DNA of 64,000 bases, taken from Lophium mytilinum. Taxonomy: Eukaryota. The stretch is from assembly GCA_010093605.1 (NCBI GenBank), contig MU004181.1, forward strand, positions 2,728,001 through 2,792,000, read 5' to 3'. The notes beneath the pieces are model-generated. The model made no database searches and was not told where the DNA came from. It saw nothing but the letters and a program-made list of their open reading frames with translations. Numbering within the stretch: position 1 is the first letter of the stretch; each line of letters starts with the position of its first letter. A program made the translations under genes and the position numbers. This document shows, piece by piece, positions 51,719 through 64,000 of this stretch.

Positions 51719-52276
51719 TCACTCAGGCTCACCATCATTTTGCAGATGCGGTTGAGGACGCTCGTCGACTTGACGACCTGTAACCCCTTCTAATCTTCGC
51801 CGAAGCTCCCCGATATCCCGTAGAACCTCTTCCGACATCCGGAGGACTTCCTCGGTACTTTGCATGAACTCCTCCTGGTGCTGTTGCAGGATCTCCTCTC
51901 CTTGCCGCTGAGCGTCATGTAACTGCTGTGGAGTCCTTCCCTCCAGCGTGTTCCAGCGAGCCGGCATTGTATCTAGGGCAGCATCCAGGCGATTAACCTC
52001 ATCTTGGCGCGACAGCGGCTGTACGTAAAGTGTCGTCCGGCACATCGGACACGAGTTTCTGTTGGCGTTGTTGCTGGAAACCCATGTGACTAGACAGTCG
52101 CGACCGAAGATGTGGCTGCAGTCGGGAATGCCCGTGATTTGGCTGGCTTGATGAGTTGCGTCGAGTTCTTCGTGACAGATGTAGCAACTGTCTGGTATGG
52201 TAGGATTACTAGCGTCGATGTTAGTGAGGTTGTGTTCGAGGAAGTCCTCGAAGCTAGAAGGCAGGCTGGACGACAT
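51719..52276 (-). CDS. Small RING-finger protein
   Basis: CYIC...CSHIFGRDCLVTW...CPMCR, followed by a coiled-coil segment. Confidence 0.82.
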   Translation of the reverse strand: MSSSLPSSFEDFLEHNLTNIDASNPTIPDSCYICHEELDATHQASQITGIPDCSHIFGRDCLVTWVSSNNANRNSCPMCRTTLYVQPLSRQDEVNRLDAALDTMPARWNTLEGRTPQQLHDAQRQGEEILQQHQEEFMQSTEEVLRMSEEVLRDIGELRRRLEGVTGRQVDERPQPHLQNDGEPE

Positions 52277-52989
52277 GGCTAGCGCGGGCGTGGTGGTTAT
52301 GGTTCGGGCGAGAAGTGTGGAGGGTGAGTGGGTTGGAGGTGCTTGAGCTTGAGCTGAGCTGTGCTTTTATCGAGCGTGTTGTTTGATGAGGTGAGAGGTG
52401 AAGTGAGCGGGAATGGTCTCACTTTGGTGCCCGTCTATGTAGTGAAGGAAAGACTAATTAGGGAACGAGACTCGCAAGAACCGAAAAAGGCGTTACTGAT
52501 TGTGAGGTCAGGCCAAGCCGTCACTCTCTGTGGGTGAAATGAAAAGTAAGGAGAGTAAAAGGCAATATGACATCATCCTTCGTTACTGCAATTTGGTTAC
52601 AGACAAGCTCTTTTCGATTCTCTCAGCTCAAGTCATAAGAAAGGGAAATGAATGGCTGAAATACAAGTAATCCAACCGGAAGTAGGAGCCCAGACCAGTT
52701 TCCCTACATAGCAAAAGAACACTCCCTCGTAGAAGACCAAAAGACACTGTACACAATCATATGCCACCGCCTGAGGTGCTCTGAAGCATTCCCAATTTCT
52801 CCACAAGCTAACTCGGCGCTTTTATCTCATTCCACATTTTCCACCGTGAGATCGTCCCGCAAGCCAACGAATAGGTCAAGGACGTACACTAAAATATCAC
52901 CCAGGCCCCAAGGATACATCGAAGCCATACAAGCAGTGGCAAGAGCGTGTACAACAGACGGACTTCCTGGACCTCCAGGGAGCCTCCAC

Positions 52990-54492
52990 TCAAGCCCCAG
53001 CCTCGTTAGCTTCTGGGATCGCATTCTTGGCATGTTCTTTTTGCTGGTGCTTGACAAGGTCGCGCCTGCGGAAGTACCCTTTGCCTCCAACACGGTCACA
53101 GCTAGGCTCGGTGCATGGGAATGGTGATTCGTCGTGGACCCTCTTCATATGTTTGGTGAAATCGGAGACCTTATCGAAGGCATAATCCCACCAGCGGGCG
53201 GGTGACCTGTAGTCTGGACAGCCCTTACGGGGACAGGATCTACCATACCAAGGCGAAGCTGACGGTTTTTTCTCCATATTGTGATAGTTCCTCAAGTGTT
53301 GAGTCAAGTGGTCCTTGCGTTTGAAACCATTGGCGCCTCGATGTTTACGACAATGAGGGCAGGGAAATCGACTACCATTGTCTTCGTGAAGGTTCTTGTG
53401 CCGTTCGTAGATGTCAAAACGTGCGAATGTAGCGAGACAATCGTCGGCATCACAAGAAAAGGCTGCATGGCTCGTATCTGCAGCATGTCTGCCTAGTGCT
53501 GCTGCAGACTCAAACGCTTCCGTACATTCGTGGCATCGAAGTCTCACCTCAGGGTGAACCTCTCTAACGTGACGATCACGCAAAGGATAATTCAGGAAGC
53601 TTTGTTTGCATGTGTGATGGTAGCATCGGCAGTTCCAGAATCGCGCTGATTGACGTGTGTCGTATGGTGGTTTATGACCTTCTTGGACAGCAGTTGGCGC
53701 ATTTGAGTGCGATACGTCTACATTCCCAAGTGGCGGAAATGAGATATGTCTATCGACTAGTTAGCTGGTGTAAGTCAGGCTTAGCAGTTATTTGAGCTCA
53801 CCTTTCCACGTCAGGGAACGGCCTTATTCGGATGTCAGAAGAGCCACTCGCCATACAGGATGCGACGTTATATTGGCTAGATGAATACCGACCACCTTTA
53901 TACAGTTGCGCAGCACTCTGACCTATAGTCCGGTCAAAGAGAGCATCTGACTTTTGATCCTGCGCAGTGGAGTTGTTGTTGGCCTTGAAGGATGTCGTAT
54001 ATTGAGGCCCAATATCACGATTCGATACCGCTTCAGTCTCAAAGGGCATAACGGTTCTATGCGACGGGTGCAGAAAATCATCTGGTTTGTAAGATCCCAC
54101 AGGCTGGAGGGAATTATCGTGATGGGAAGTACTCTGGCAGTCGGCACGATTTGGCCTTTGGTCGAAATGACCGAATTCGTGACTGTCCCGTAGACTCCCG
54201 AGCGGCTCGGTCAAGATGTCTGGTGTTCCGCTCTCTAGCTGTGTGGGTTTCCGAAACGCCTGGCTGGGAACAGCAGAGTATCTTTTGGCCCCTGATGACT
54301 GATCGTATGACGGAATTGTTGGAGCAGAGTGATATTGTTCGATAAGTTGAGCTTCGGGGACGGCTGCCAGGTTCCACGTGATCGGCTGAAGAGGCTCATG
54401 AAAAGGCCAATCAAAAGGACTAGAAATAGCGCCGCCGCGCCCTTTCGTTAGCAAAGGTCGTTTTTCAAAAGGACTTACGGAATGATGTCCAT
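52990..54492 (-). CDS. Multi-C2H2 zinc-finger protein, at least 3 exons
   Basis: CHEC...H, CDADDC...HKNLH, CPHC...GFKRKDHLTQHLRNYH, CPRKGC...HMKRVH and CTEPSC...HQQKEH. ATG at 54492 with a GTAAGT donor splices into ORF 53798-54454, then into the finger exon. Confidence 0.8.
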
Positions 54493-55373
54493 GGTGCAGG
54501 AGGCTAGACCGAAAAAGTCTGGTGGCGGAAATCCAGCTTGGTCAGATTGTTCCATGGGTGCGTGCATGCAAAAGCGGCGTTATAAAATTAGCTTCGGAAG
54601 CGGGCTGAAATGATGAGTAGGGAATTGAGGGAAAGCCCACGAACTCATACTTCGTGCCAAGAAAAGCTCGCTGCTTTACTAAGGCACGGATGAAGGAAAA
54701 GGGCGGTGAAATGCAAGGTTGAGACACGACGTGCGTGTCCGCACATAAACAGGGCGAACACAAAACTTTGACAGAAGTGTTCGATTGGTTCATTGTGAGG
54801 GTTGTAGCAAAAAAGGGCGAGTCTGATGCACTTAGGTTGGCTGCATACCGAGAATAGTGCATCATCATACACTCATTCAGATAGCTGCCCTAGATCTGAT
54901 CAAAAGAGCGGGTAAAAGGAGAAGAAAGCGAAATACGGGGAATATAGATGATGTTCAGATTGAAAGGTGATACTCGACGACTCATTATTCTATATATTGA
55001 GGACCGCTCGGGTGAAGCGGAAAATTTCATCAGAGCCGGGAGACGTCTCGCTGGAATCTAAATATCATGATTCGAGTCGAGATGACCTTTCACAGTACAA
55101 GCTTGACAGAGAACGACGAACCTGTGAAAGGGTGTGGTTGATACAAGGCTGAGCGCTAGAAACATGCTACGGCGAGCTGGACAGACCTGATCTGCACAAG
55201 TAACGTCAGCCGAACGGCGCCGGGATACCTAGCTATTGATAGATGGTGAAACACCTGTCCTTACGCACAGCACTATTCACTCACAGCCTCTAGACTTGTG
55301 CTTCTCTTAACTCTTAAGGCTGGCTCATTAATGTCTTGATTCTCGACACAAAGCTACCTCGCTAACCGCCACC

Positions 55374-56303
55374 ATGTCGACTCGCGGGCAATTCAACACC
55401 AAGAACCCCACGATAAAGCGAATACGTACCTATGCTCCGTCCAAGCTTCTGTAGCCATAGCTAATCAATTCCCTAGTAAAAGAAGCTTCCGAACTCGCCT
55501 CCAACCCCTCATCCGACCTCCACGCCGAACCTCTAGAAGACAACCTCTTCGAGTGGCACTTCACACTCCGCGGCCCCCCCGCGCCCTCGCCATATGAAGG
55601 TGGCCTCTACCACGGCCGGATAGTACTGCCGTCCACGTACCCGCTTCGACCACCATCCTTCCGCTTCCTGACTCCAACCGGCCGCTTCGAAGTCAACCGC
55701 GAGATCTGTCTGAGTATCAGCGGGCACCACGAGGAGACGTGGCAACCAGCATGGGGAATCCGCACTGCTATGGTCGCTATTCGGAGCTTCATGGACACAG
55801 ACGCGAAGGGGCAGGTTGGTGGAATCGAGTGCAACGAGCAGGCGCGAAAGAAGATGGCCGTGGAGAGTGTGGGGTGGAAGTGCGGGGCGTGTGGGAAGAA
55901 CAATGCGGAGATTATAAGGGAGAGGGAAGAGATAGTCAAGGAGATGGGAGGGGAAAAGGTCGAAGGGGTTGTTCCTGAAGAGCTTCGACTGGCTTATCGA
56001 GACGAGTTGAATAAGGGTGCTGAGGGAAGCGAGGGTGCTTCGAAGAGCGAGACCAAGGAGTCGAAAGGGAAGGAACGGGCTACAGAAACCACACCACCTG
56101 CAACATCGGAGCCTCTATCTCGACCTTCGGTGCCCCTTGCTCCATCGCCGAGGGTTACATTGCCGCCTCCGCCGACGCGGACGATACAACTTCCCCAAAC
56201 AGCCACTCGGCGATCCGCCGAAGCTTCGCCAGCTTGGATAGACCATGCGATATATGGTCTTATAGCTGCTCTTGTGTTCATGGTTCTGCGAAAGGTCTTT
56301 TGA
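55374..56303 (+). CDS. Tail-anchored ubiquitin-conjugating enzyme, UBE2J1/Ubc6-like (intron 55426-55476)
   Basis: PLEDNLFEWHFT, YEGGLYHGRI, TPTGRFEVNREICLSISGHHEETWQPAW (active Cys) and a C-terminal TM helix. Confidence 0.92.
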
Positions 56304-56593
56304 AGGCCATACTTTGCGTATACAGGCGTTACTTGGTACATATTAGTCATGCAAGCGATGATCTGGAGTTTATGTGTAGAGGCTAACATGGTTCCTTCGG
56401 CCAGGAGTCTAGGTAGGATACTGGATAGGTATCAATGTCACTTTCTTCTCCATTTACAACCGAGATATATTGTATTATCGGCTTAGAATATGTTGTTTCC
56501 TATGTCAAGTTTCTTGCAGTGACCGGCATAAATCTCTGCACAATCTTTGCCACTGGCTAGGGTACCCTCATGATGTTTTCAATTCCCGGAGGC

Positions 56594-57270
56594 GATGTCG
56601 AGTTCAACGCGGCGGAATCTAGACTCCCTCTTGACTAGCAGGCTGCCTGGAATAGGGGCCACCCCTGACAGTGGTGTCAGGCTTCCAAAGCAGGCGCAAA
56701 AGCAGAGCTATATCCAATGGCTTAGATTTATCGATGTGGAGTTTATTTCTGCTGGATTTCAGTTTTCTTTTGACTGATCAGTTGCCTAGCGACGGGGCCA
56801 CTCCTGACATTGGTGTCTGGCTCTCAAAAGTGGAACGAAAACAGTGCTATATCAAGTGGCCCAGACTGACGGATGTCAAATTCAGGTCAGCGAAATCTCA
56901 GCTTCCTTTTGACTTATTAGGTGCCTAGCCGTGGGGCTGCTCCTGACAGTGGTGTCCAGGTTTCAAAAGTGACACGAAAGCAGAGCTATATCAAACGGCT
57001 TAAGCTTACGGGTGTCAAGTTCAATTCAGCTGCATATCAGCTTCTCTTTGGTTAGTCGGCTGCGTAGCCAGGGGGCTGCTCCTGACAGTGGTATCTGGCT
57101 CTCAAATCGGCACGAAAGCCGACCTATAATCAGCGGCCTAGAGTTCCAGATGTCAAGTTCAACTCGGTGGACTCTGGGCCTCCTTTTGACTGACAACCTG
57201 CTTGGCCACGGGGCTACTACTGGCAGTGGTGTCTGGCATGCAAGAGTGGCACGAAAGTAGTAATATATGA
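56594..57270. repeat. Diverged tandem array, about 5 units with a 139-bp period
   Basis: cctgaca-like core at 56664, 56803, 56942, 57081 and 57219. gatgtc-like motif at 56594, 56733, 56872, 57011 and 57149. Confidence 0.93.
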
Positions 57271-57502
57271 TTATTCAGACCTATAACAGTGACAAGAGCC
57301 TCCTACAGCTCAGACTCGATGGGAACAGCTTCCAACCGCCGGTCAAAGCAGATCATTTACTCAAACCGCTTTTTTAAGAAAATTTTAGCCGCCCGGCTGG
57401 TTCCAAAAGTCAATACAACCACACGCTCGCTTGAGAACTACCATTCCAATTCAACGCAGAGAGAAAGAAAAGGAAAGAAAATGGGACAAGAAGGAGCAGA
57501 AG

Positions 57503-59196
57503 CTACGCAGCGTTCATCCTACGCTTTCGCATCGGCTTGATGGGACGCCCATGCCTAGTGATATCCAGCGAACCTATCGCTTGCAGCACGCTCGCTTCCT
57601 GCAGCGCTCCGCCCGACGTCGTGTTCTCCTCCTCCGGTTCAGGCTTCTCAACGACCTCAACGTCCCAATCTTCCGGCTTGTCGACCGGTCCCCACGACCC
57701 AAATGCCAGAAGTTGCATCTCCTGGTTGTCGTCTAGAACCCCCTCCGCGGCATTCTTGCACACAAATGCGCAGAACTCATCGTTCTCATTGCTGGCGTTC
57801 CTCTCCTCAGCCTCATCCTTCGGGAACATGTTCTTCTTGATGGTGTCAAAGACGTCCCCGTTCAGCAGACCAAGGTTCACCAGCGTATGAAGCTCCAGAA
57901 CAAGCCCAGCCTTACGGATGACCCACTCTTTATGATACTTGGTGGCGTCTTCCTCGGTACCGACCTCTTGCCCGCTCACAATGATGTCGCTAATGTCATC
58001 ACTGTCGTCACTGTCGTCATCAGCCTCCGAATCATCCCACTCGCCAGGAGTACGTGGAGGGGCCTTTGAATATTCGAGGATTTCCGAGTCATCGTCGAGG
58101 TCGCCCAAGGCATCCTCAACGCCGTCCGTATATGTGCAGTCGTTTGGCGAAGAAGTCGCGATTTGGGGCCTACGAACAAGTGGTTCGTATAACGCTATAA
58201 TTTCGGCATGTGCTGACTTGTCGCCGCTCACGGCCATGAATGCTAGAGCCCTTAGCTCCTTGATCTCTTTCTTGTCTGTGATAGACATAGTGGTCTTTGA
58301 CATCGACTTCTCGGGCTCAACAGTATGCTCCTGGGTCCCCTCGTGGTCTTTGGAGTGTGTGCAGATCGACGATACAGAGCTCTCAACGTGGAGCGTCGAC
58401 TCCTCGCTATCCTTTCCTTTGTCTGAAATGGAAGGCGAGTCAACTACATCGATTTTAGGACTCGAATTCGAGCTCATGGGCTTCGAGACTCGGCGGTATG
58501 GTGAATAACCTGGGAGGGGCCCGGTGATGGTAAGGAACGGTAAGATGTTCTCGTCACTTGGCTTCTGATCTGCGAGCCATAGGCACAATAACACTATCAT
58601 GACCTCATCCTACATCATGTTAGCATAGCCGTGGTCTTTCCGGAGGTATCTTCACTTACTTTGGTCATGCCCGAAGTGAACCTGTACTCCACTTCTTTCG
58701 CGTACTCCAACAGACGTGTATCAGGATCACACTCGAATCGAGGCGTAGGGTGGAGCACGATCTTTGGTGCTTGCGAAGGAGTCCTGACTGGCTTGCGGGC
58801 GATTGAGTGTCGGGCAGAGATAGGAGAAAAGCTTTCCGGAATAGAGTGTACGGGAGAGCTTGGTGTGGGCGGGCCTGGATTCGCGTTGGTCAGTAAATGT
58901 CCTCTGCCAGGAGTCGCAGGTTGCTTACTATCTGTGTGGACCGCAAGCATACTCTCACTGTGCATGGGCTGGATAGAGACAGCGCGTGCTGACCCAATTT
59001 CGAGGGCTTGGTCGCCTAAGTGAGAGAAGCGCTTCTTCAGAGACACTTTGAGGACTCGAATGGAGGATCTCTTCGTATCAGACTCTGGGGACTGCGCTTC
59101 TGCGTCGACATCCGAAGTGCTGCAGGTCTTTGGGCGGCGGTGAAATGGCTGCTTCGCTTTCTCGGCGAAGCGGTGGAGGGCGGACTTGAAGCCCAT
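57503..59196 (-). CDS. Hypothetical protein, Ser/Pro-rich then acidic, 2 exons (intron 58659-58610)
   Basis: ORFs 58615-59196 and 57503-58600 join in frame via GTAAGT...GCTAAC...TAG. No family recognised. Confidence 0.72.
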
Positions 59197-60158
59197 CGTG
59201 ATGGTAGTCGAAGCTTGAAGAGAACAATTGGTACTGCAGGAGAAGGTGCGTATAGCTTGGTAGGTGATGAAGAGGTGTAGTGAGATGACAAATGGAGCAG
59301 ACCGAAGGTGAGAGGTTGCGATGTTGTCGTGTCGAGGTTACGGAGGGCGAGGTCCAGGCAGAGCTTTATGGGAGTCCGGAGGCGGATTATCTACTGGATC
59401 CGGGCTGCTTGAGCAGGTGTGCGTCCTCCTTTTGCTACTTGTTGCCGTCGTTGGCCGCTACTTTGACGTCACTAAACACCACAGTTCGAATTCACTCGGC
59501 CACGAAGCATTGGGATCCGATAAAAACAGTATGAGGATGCTATACGGAGGGACATGTATCCAAATGAACCGCCGAATGAACCGCCAAATGAGTATTGTGC
59601 TCAACGGCGAGTGTGGGTGGTGATTACGAAGCTCTGCAGAGCTCGACACGATGTCAACAAAGCCAAGTTTGAGCGCGCGGATACCACAGCTCGGGCTCCT
59701 TTCTTTTGATTACTCGATGCCAATGTAAGAGGTAGCTTAGTGAGAAGGTATGTCAACGGTCAAGACGTACTCTAATCTACACTGCCTCAACCTTTGCATC
59801 GTTTTCGAAGCTCTTAAAACACGTGACGATGGTTATCTCACTGCTCGGACTTCACGTTTGCATGCTTGACACCGCCGTAAGGGGCGGCCCAACTATCAAG
59901 CATTTTGTCAGTCATGAGGTAGCCTGATTATATTGCATTAGTCTTCACCCGATTTGAGTATTTCAAAACTCACAGGGATACCCCAAGCATAGCTAGCTGG
60001 TAAGACACTGGAGGTATGTACATATGCGATTAATCGCTTAGGCTCGAGTTCGGGATCCATAATCTATCCAATTCAAGACAAGCAGCGCTGGCTAGCTATC
60101 TAAACCCCAAAGAGCCACCCAAAGTACCCACACACTTCAAGCTTCCCAACCCCAGCCA

Positions 60159-61001
60159 TCAATCCTCAGCCTCTTCAACCTCCTCTTCATATTCTTCCCG
60201 TGCTTCCTCCAGCTCCTCCCGCTCGCTGCTCCCAGCATCAGATCTCGCAGCAGCCCTCTCTGCTTCTCTCAGGGACTCTCTAGCCGACGCAACCGACTCG
60301 GCGTCACTACTCGACATCTCGCCCTCTTCTGCTATTTCCGTCAGTCAGAAATGAAAGCAACTAATCACGTCTCTCTACACTCAACAGGCTTGACTTACCA
60401 TATTCACCCTCACGACGCTCCTCCTCCCCATACTCTTCCCCTTTCTCCCCTTTACGCCGCCCTTTCTCCTTCTTCTTCTTCAACAGCCCGCCAAGCCCCT
60501 TGATAATCTTCTTTTTGGGATCCTCCTTCTCTCCTTTCTCCTCTTTCCCCTCCTTTTCCTCCTTATGCTCACCCTTTTTGTCCTCATACTCATGCTCTCC
60601 AACCCCCTTCTGCCCCTCGCTAGGCGGCGCAAACGGGGCCTCCCACTGCGAGCGACCCGTCGCGACCTCGATGTAGAACCAGCGTTGGCTACCTTGGTCG
60701 AACTGCGCGGTCCAGCCAGGTGGGAGCGGCGGTTGGGCCGAGGAGGCCGGGGGTAGAGAGGCGTATTGCTGTTGCTCGCCTGGCGAGGGAAAGTCAGGAA
60801 AGGTGTTCGAGTATGTTGGATGCGTGGGATTGAAGGAGAGGTAGTAAGGGAGGAATTTGGAGAGGGAGAAAGGTGGATAGAGTACATACCATACTGCGCT
60901 TGGGGTTGATATTCCCCCTCATGCTTTTTCTCTTCCTTTTTATCATCCATCGAGGCTTTCAGCCCCTCAGCCTGCTCTTTGAGTTTTTTGAAGAAGGACA
61001 T
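60159..61001 (-). CDS. Small WW-domain protein with Glu-rich tail, 3 exons
   Basis: Second exon reads PPLPPGWTAQFDQGSQRWFYIEVATGRSQWEAP (WW domain). GTATGT and GTAAGT donors. Confidence 0.82.
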
Positions 61002-61953
61002 TGTTGGGATGTGGACCCGTCGTGCACGAGGGAACAGACGTGATTTTTACTCCAGTTCAATCTAGACAAACTGTAGTACAGCAGCGTAAATATTCAAAGC
61101 ACTACAAGTAACTAAGTACAATGCACAATCACAAACACGAACCTCACCCTTCCTGCGCCCAGGATTCGCTATATATACGCCATCACCCTCCCTCGGCCCT
61201 CCCAGCCCTGGAAATCTACAACCTGCTCCCCAACCATCTCATCCTGGGGCTGGTGAGCAGAAACCGAGTCTCCATTCTCCCTTTCTAGGCTAGCTCCGAG
61301 CCGGGTTGCATGGGGTTGAGAGGTTGGATCGTCAAGGCATGCATGTGCAAGACCTGGAGTCGGCTGATGATCCAATCCGGATGCAGCTCAGAGCGCGATT
61401 CGTGCTTGAGCTGCTATCTGAGCTGAAGAACGCATGCGGGTGAGGTTGTTGGTAGTCAGGGTAATGCACGGCGCTAGACGGGATCAAGGTAGTGATTAAC
61501 TTTTTTGGGCAGGGTAGGTGATATAATGCAGGGGAGTGAGCTGCTTACTTCTGCGAGTAGAGAGATGCAGCAACAATCTAAAACGATTACTTGCGGTTTG
61601 AAGATCTGGAGATGATCGGATGGTAAAGTTTCTATTTATGTCGAGCTACGTGGGATCCTCACAAGACTGCTAGAAAGAGATCACGGCCATTTCAACTTGA
61701 AACAGAAAAGGATAAGCGTCTTGTAATAATGTGTATTTGTAGCCCAGGTCCGGTCTATGCGCTAAGCGGTAAATATCATATCCAACGAAACCATACTACA
61801 GTCCTTTTACAGGAATCTTCAAATATCCGAAATGCTAAAAGAAAACGCTGCACACTTTAGCAGTGCGCAGATGCAGCCGTCCATTCATGCAGAAAATCGA
61901 CCCTAAGCGCCACTCATGATAGTAATGCATCACCGCAATCCAACAGTGCCGCT

Positions 61954-63405
61954 TCAAACACCGCCATAACTCCTCTCCTCACCGTTGCTGTCTAGCAACG
62001 CCCGCCCCTCCTGACCTCGTCTGATGCTAGGGTTGGGACTGCCTACTCTCGGTGTCCCTGCAACAGACACACTGGGCACCCACCCTCTCATGAACCCACT
62101 GACCCTACGCCACCTCCAGCGCATGCCTCTCCCATCCGCGCCTCGCTCTCTGTCAGCTCCCGAACCATCTACGACAATAACGACTTCCCCATCGCGCTCG
62201 CTACCTCGTCCCCGGCCCTCGTCGCCAAAGTACCAGAATTGCACGCCCACTGCAGCGTCCATGACCAGCACGCCCGCTGCACCGAGGAAGAAGGGCATGG
62301 CGCGCGCAACCCAGTCGCCCTTGACGGATCCGGAAGGACCAACCCAGCCGCCGCCTTCGCCTGGTGCATAAGTGTGCCAGGCGCAGGGATTGGTGAGGAT
62401 GGAGGAGGAGTAGAACAGGTTTCCGAAGAAAGCCGCGACGAACAGAGTGGGAGAAAGACCGGCCGTTGAGCGGCGAAGGTGGTTCTTGTAGAGCTGGGGT
62501 AGACGGGAGCCGAGGTAGAGGAGGGTGGAAAGCCATGAAAGGATTGTTCCGGCAGCTTCAATTGGAGAGATGTGAGAGTGAATAGGCTCCATGGAGATGG
62601 AGAGGGTGGTCTTCGTGGGAGATGCGGATGTATTGGATACTAGCGCGAGAAGCAGCGAAATGTATAGGACCGTTCTCGGCGATGGCATGGGCGAGTTGCC
62701 TCGAATGCGATGTATCGTACGGTCCGTCGGTGTGGGCGTATTGCTTGCGCTCGACCTCTCTTTGGTAGAGCTCGGCGAGCGGGCAAAGTTTGGAATTCGG
62801 AAGACATCCATAGGGTTCGAGCGGTTTACAGGGACATTCAGACTCGAATTAGATGATTGAGGCTTCTTGGCCTGGCTGCTTGGCGTATCAGGCCTGGTGT
62901 TCGTAGGTGTGCTGCCAATGCTAACACCCTCCAGCACTTCTTCCATTCCAGCTCTTCTGTCATCGGTGCCATCCGAGTTGTTATTTGGGCGCGCCCATGC
63001 GCTCCGGAGAGGTCTCCCATGCTTCAGTTTTTCATACCAGACCCATTGCCCCACTAGCATGCAATCCACAAAGCAATAATAACCCGCGATTATGATTTGC
63101 CAAAGCGCTTGTCTGGTGAAGACTGACCCAAGCAAATTGGACACATCCCCAAGCAACCATTCCGCCAGAAAGAATATACTTAGTCCCGATGTTGATTTCA
63201 GTTGAAGATTCTTGTATATTTGTGGTAGCTGGGCGAAAAGCCATGACACTATGCTTAATGTGCCTAGGGTGGTAGATATGAATGCGAGGTTGGTTGGCAC
63301 GCAGGTGTGAAACGTCGAAGAGACGCGGTATAGGAAGTCGTTATCAGGCTCGCAGTAGGCAGGCAGTGCAGGCGAGATCAAGTGGAGGGGGGAGAATTGC
63401 GACAT
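61954..63405 (-). CDS. PQ-loop vacuolar basic amino-acid transporter (Ypq/PQLC2-like), intronless
   Basis: Two PQ loops: WLFAQLPQIYKN..KSTSGLS and YLGSRLPQLYKN..RSTAGLS. Confidence 0.9.
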   Translation of the reverse strand: MSQFSPLHLISPALPAYCEPDNDFLYRVSSTFHTCVPTNLAFISTTLGTLSIVSWLFAQLPQIYKNLQLKSTSGLSIFFLAEWLLGDVSNLLGSVFTRQALWQIIIAGYYCFVDCMLVGQWVWYEKLKHGRPLRSAWARPNNNSDGTDDRRAGMEEVLEGVSIGSTPTNTRPDTPSSQAKKPQSSNSSLNVPVNRSNPMDVFRIPNFARSPSSTKERSSASNTPTPTDRTIHRIRGNSPMPSPRTVLYISLLLALVSNTSASPTKTTLSISMEPIHSHISPIEAAGTILSWLSTLLYLGSRLPQLYKNHLRRSTAGLSPTLFVAAFFGNLFYSSSILTNPCAWHTYAPGEGGGWVGPSGSVKGDWVARAMPFFLGAAGVLVMDAAVGVQFWYFGDEGRGRGSERDGEVVIVVDGSGADRERGADGRGMRWRWRRVSGFMRGWVPSVSVAGTPRVGSPNPSIRRGQEGRALLDSNGEERSYGGV

Positions 63406-64000
63406 GGTGTCATAGGCGGAGAGGATGGCGGGACCGATGTCGTGTGCAACCCTGGTATGGGAGAACAGGAGCTATAAGAGGCGCACTGCCTGCACTCTCA
63501 GCTTCCTTCTGCCTTGCCGTCGTAGGGATCAACCCCTTTACCCCCGGTGTCTCGCGAAACCGCAGACAGTCAGATGCTGAGGACAGGTGGTGACTGGTGT
63601 TGGGACTCAGCCACGAGATCGCGCAGCTCCGGATGTCTCAGCCACCGGAATGCAGCTGATGTGGATCGACAAAGGCCCAAATTTGAGGGAGGAAGCTGTT
63701 CGATGTGCTGAGAATAGGCTTTCTCTCTGGGTAAGTAAGGTAAAGATATCGGGTTCCGGGCAGGTGATAGGTATATGTTGACGGCGCACAGTTCCAAGGT
63801 TGGGGTTCCGGAGATAAGCGCCTGGCCGAGCAAAAGAAAGTAGCAATGAGTCAAATGGAATTATGGGCAGACGGGCAAGAAGAAAGTCGACAGCGAAACT
63901 CTATCAGGAAGAAGAAAGCATAGGAGTAAAGGACGCGATGAGGAGAGCGAGGAGTCGAAGCATGTGTGGGCGAGGGGCCAGCATCTCCGTCCTGGACCCC

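Noticed and set aside
52050..52190. RING finger with Gly at the fifth ligand position (HIFGRDC)
   Set aside because: This variant is common in fungal RING proteins; it is not evidence of novelty or decay.
56594..57270. CRISPR-like array
   Set aside because: Whole units are homologous with no unique spacers, there are no cas genes, and the context is eukaryotic.

Overview
A gene-dense, intron-containing region of a filamentous ascomycete (Pezizomycotina; probably a Dothideomycete, species not determinable from sequence alone). It holds about 27 protein genes, mostly housekeeping: STU1 (runs off the left edge), THI4, PMS1, a hybrid histidine kinase, SDT1, ASK1, LSB6, a RAD5/HLTF-like helicase, areB, SRP68, CYA5/PET309, heme oxygenase, a UBE2J1-like E2 and a PQ-loop transporter. 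It also holds an intron-containing tRNA-Phe(GAA) and a TPP riboswitch in the THI4 leader intron. Most interesting: (1) a co-oriented pair of bacterial-type genes, a BudC-like acetoin/diol reductase and a benzaldehyde-lyase-like ThDP enzyme, followed by a GST. This could be an undescribed fungal diol/acyloin cleavage or carboligation module. The lyase has an apparent 1-nt frameshift and the reductase has an ATA where a start codon would be expected. (2) An AUG-less, spliced, in-frame N-terminal exon of areB with a candidate ACG start. (3) A readable splicing switch around the THI4 riboswitch, plus an extra long-range pairing. (4) A diverged non-coding tandem array with a 139-bp period. No transposase, CRISPR array or rRNA was seen. 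Gene names come from recognising motifs from memory, not from database searches, and exon boundaries were read by eye.
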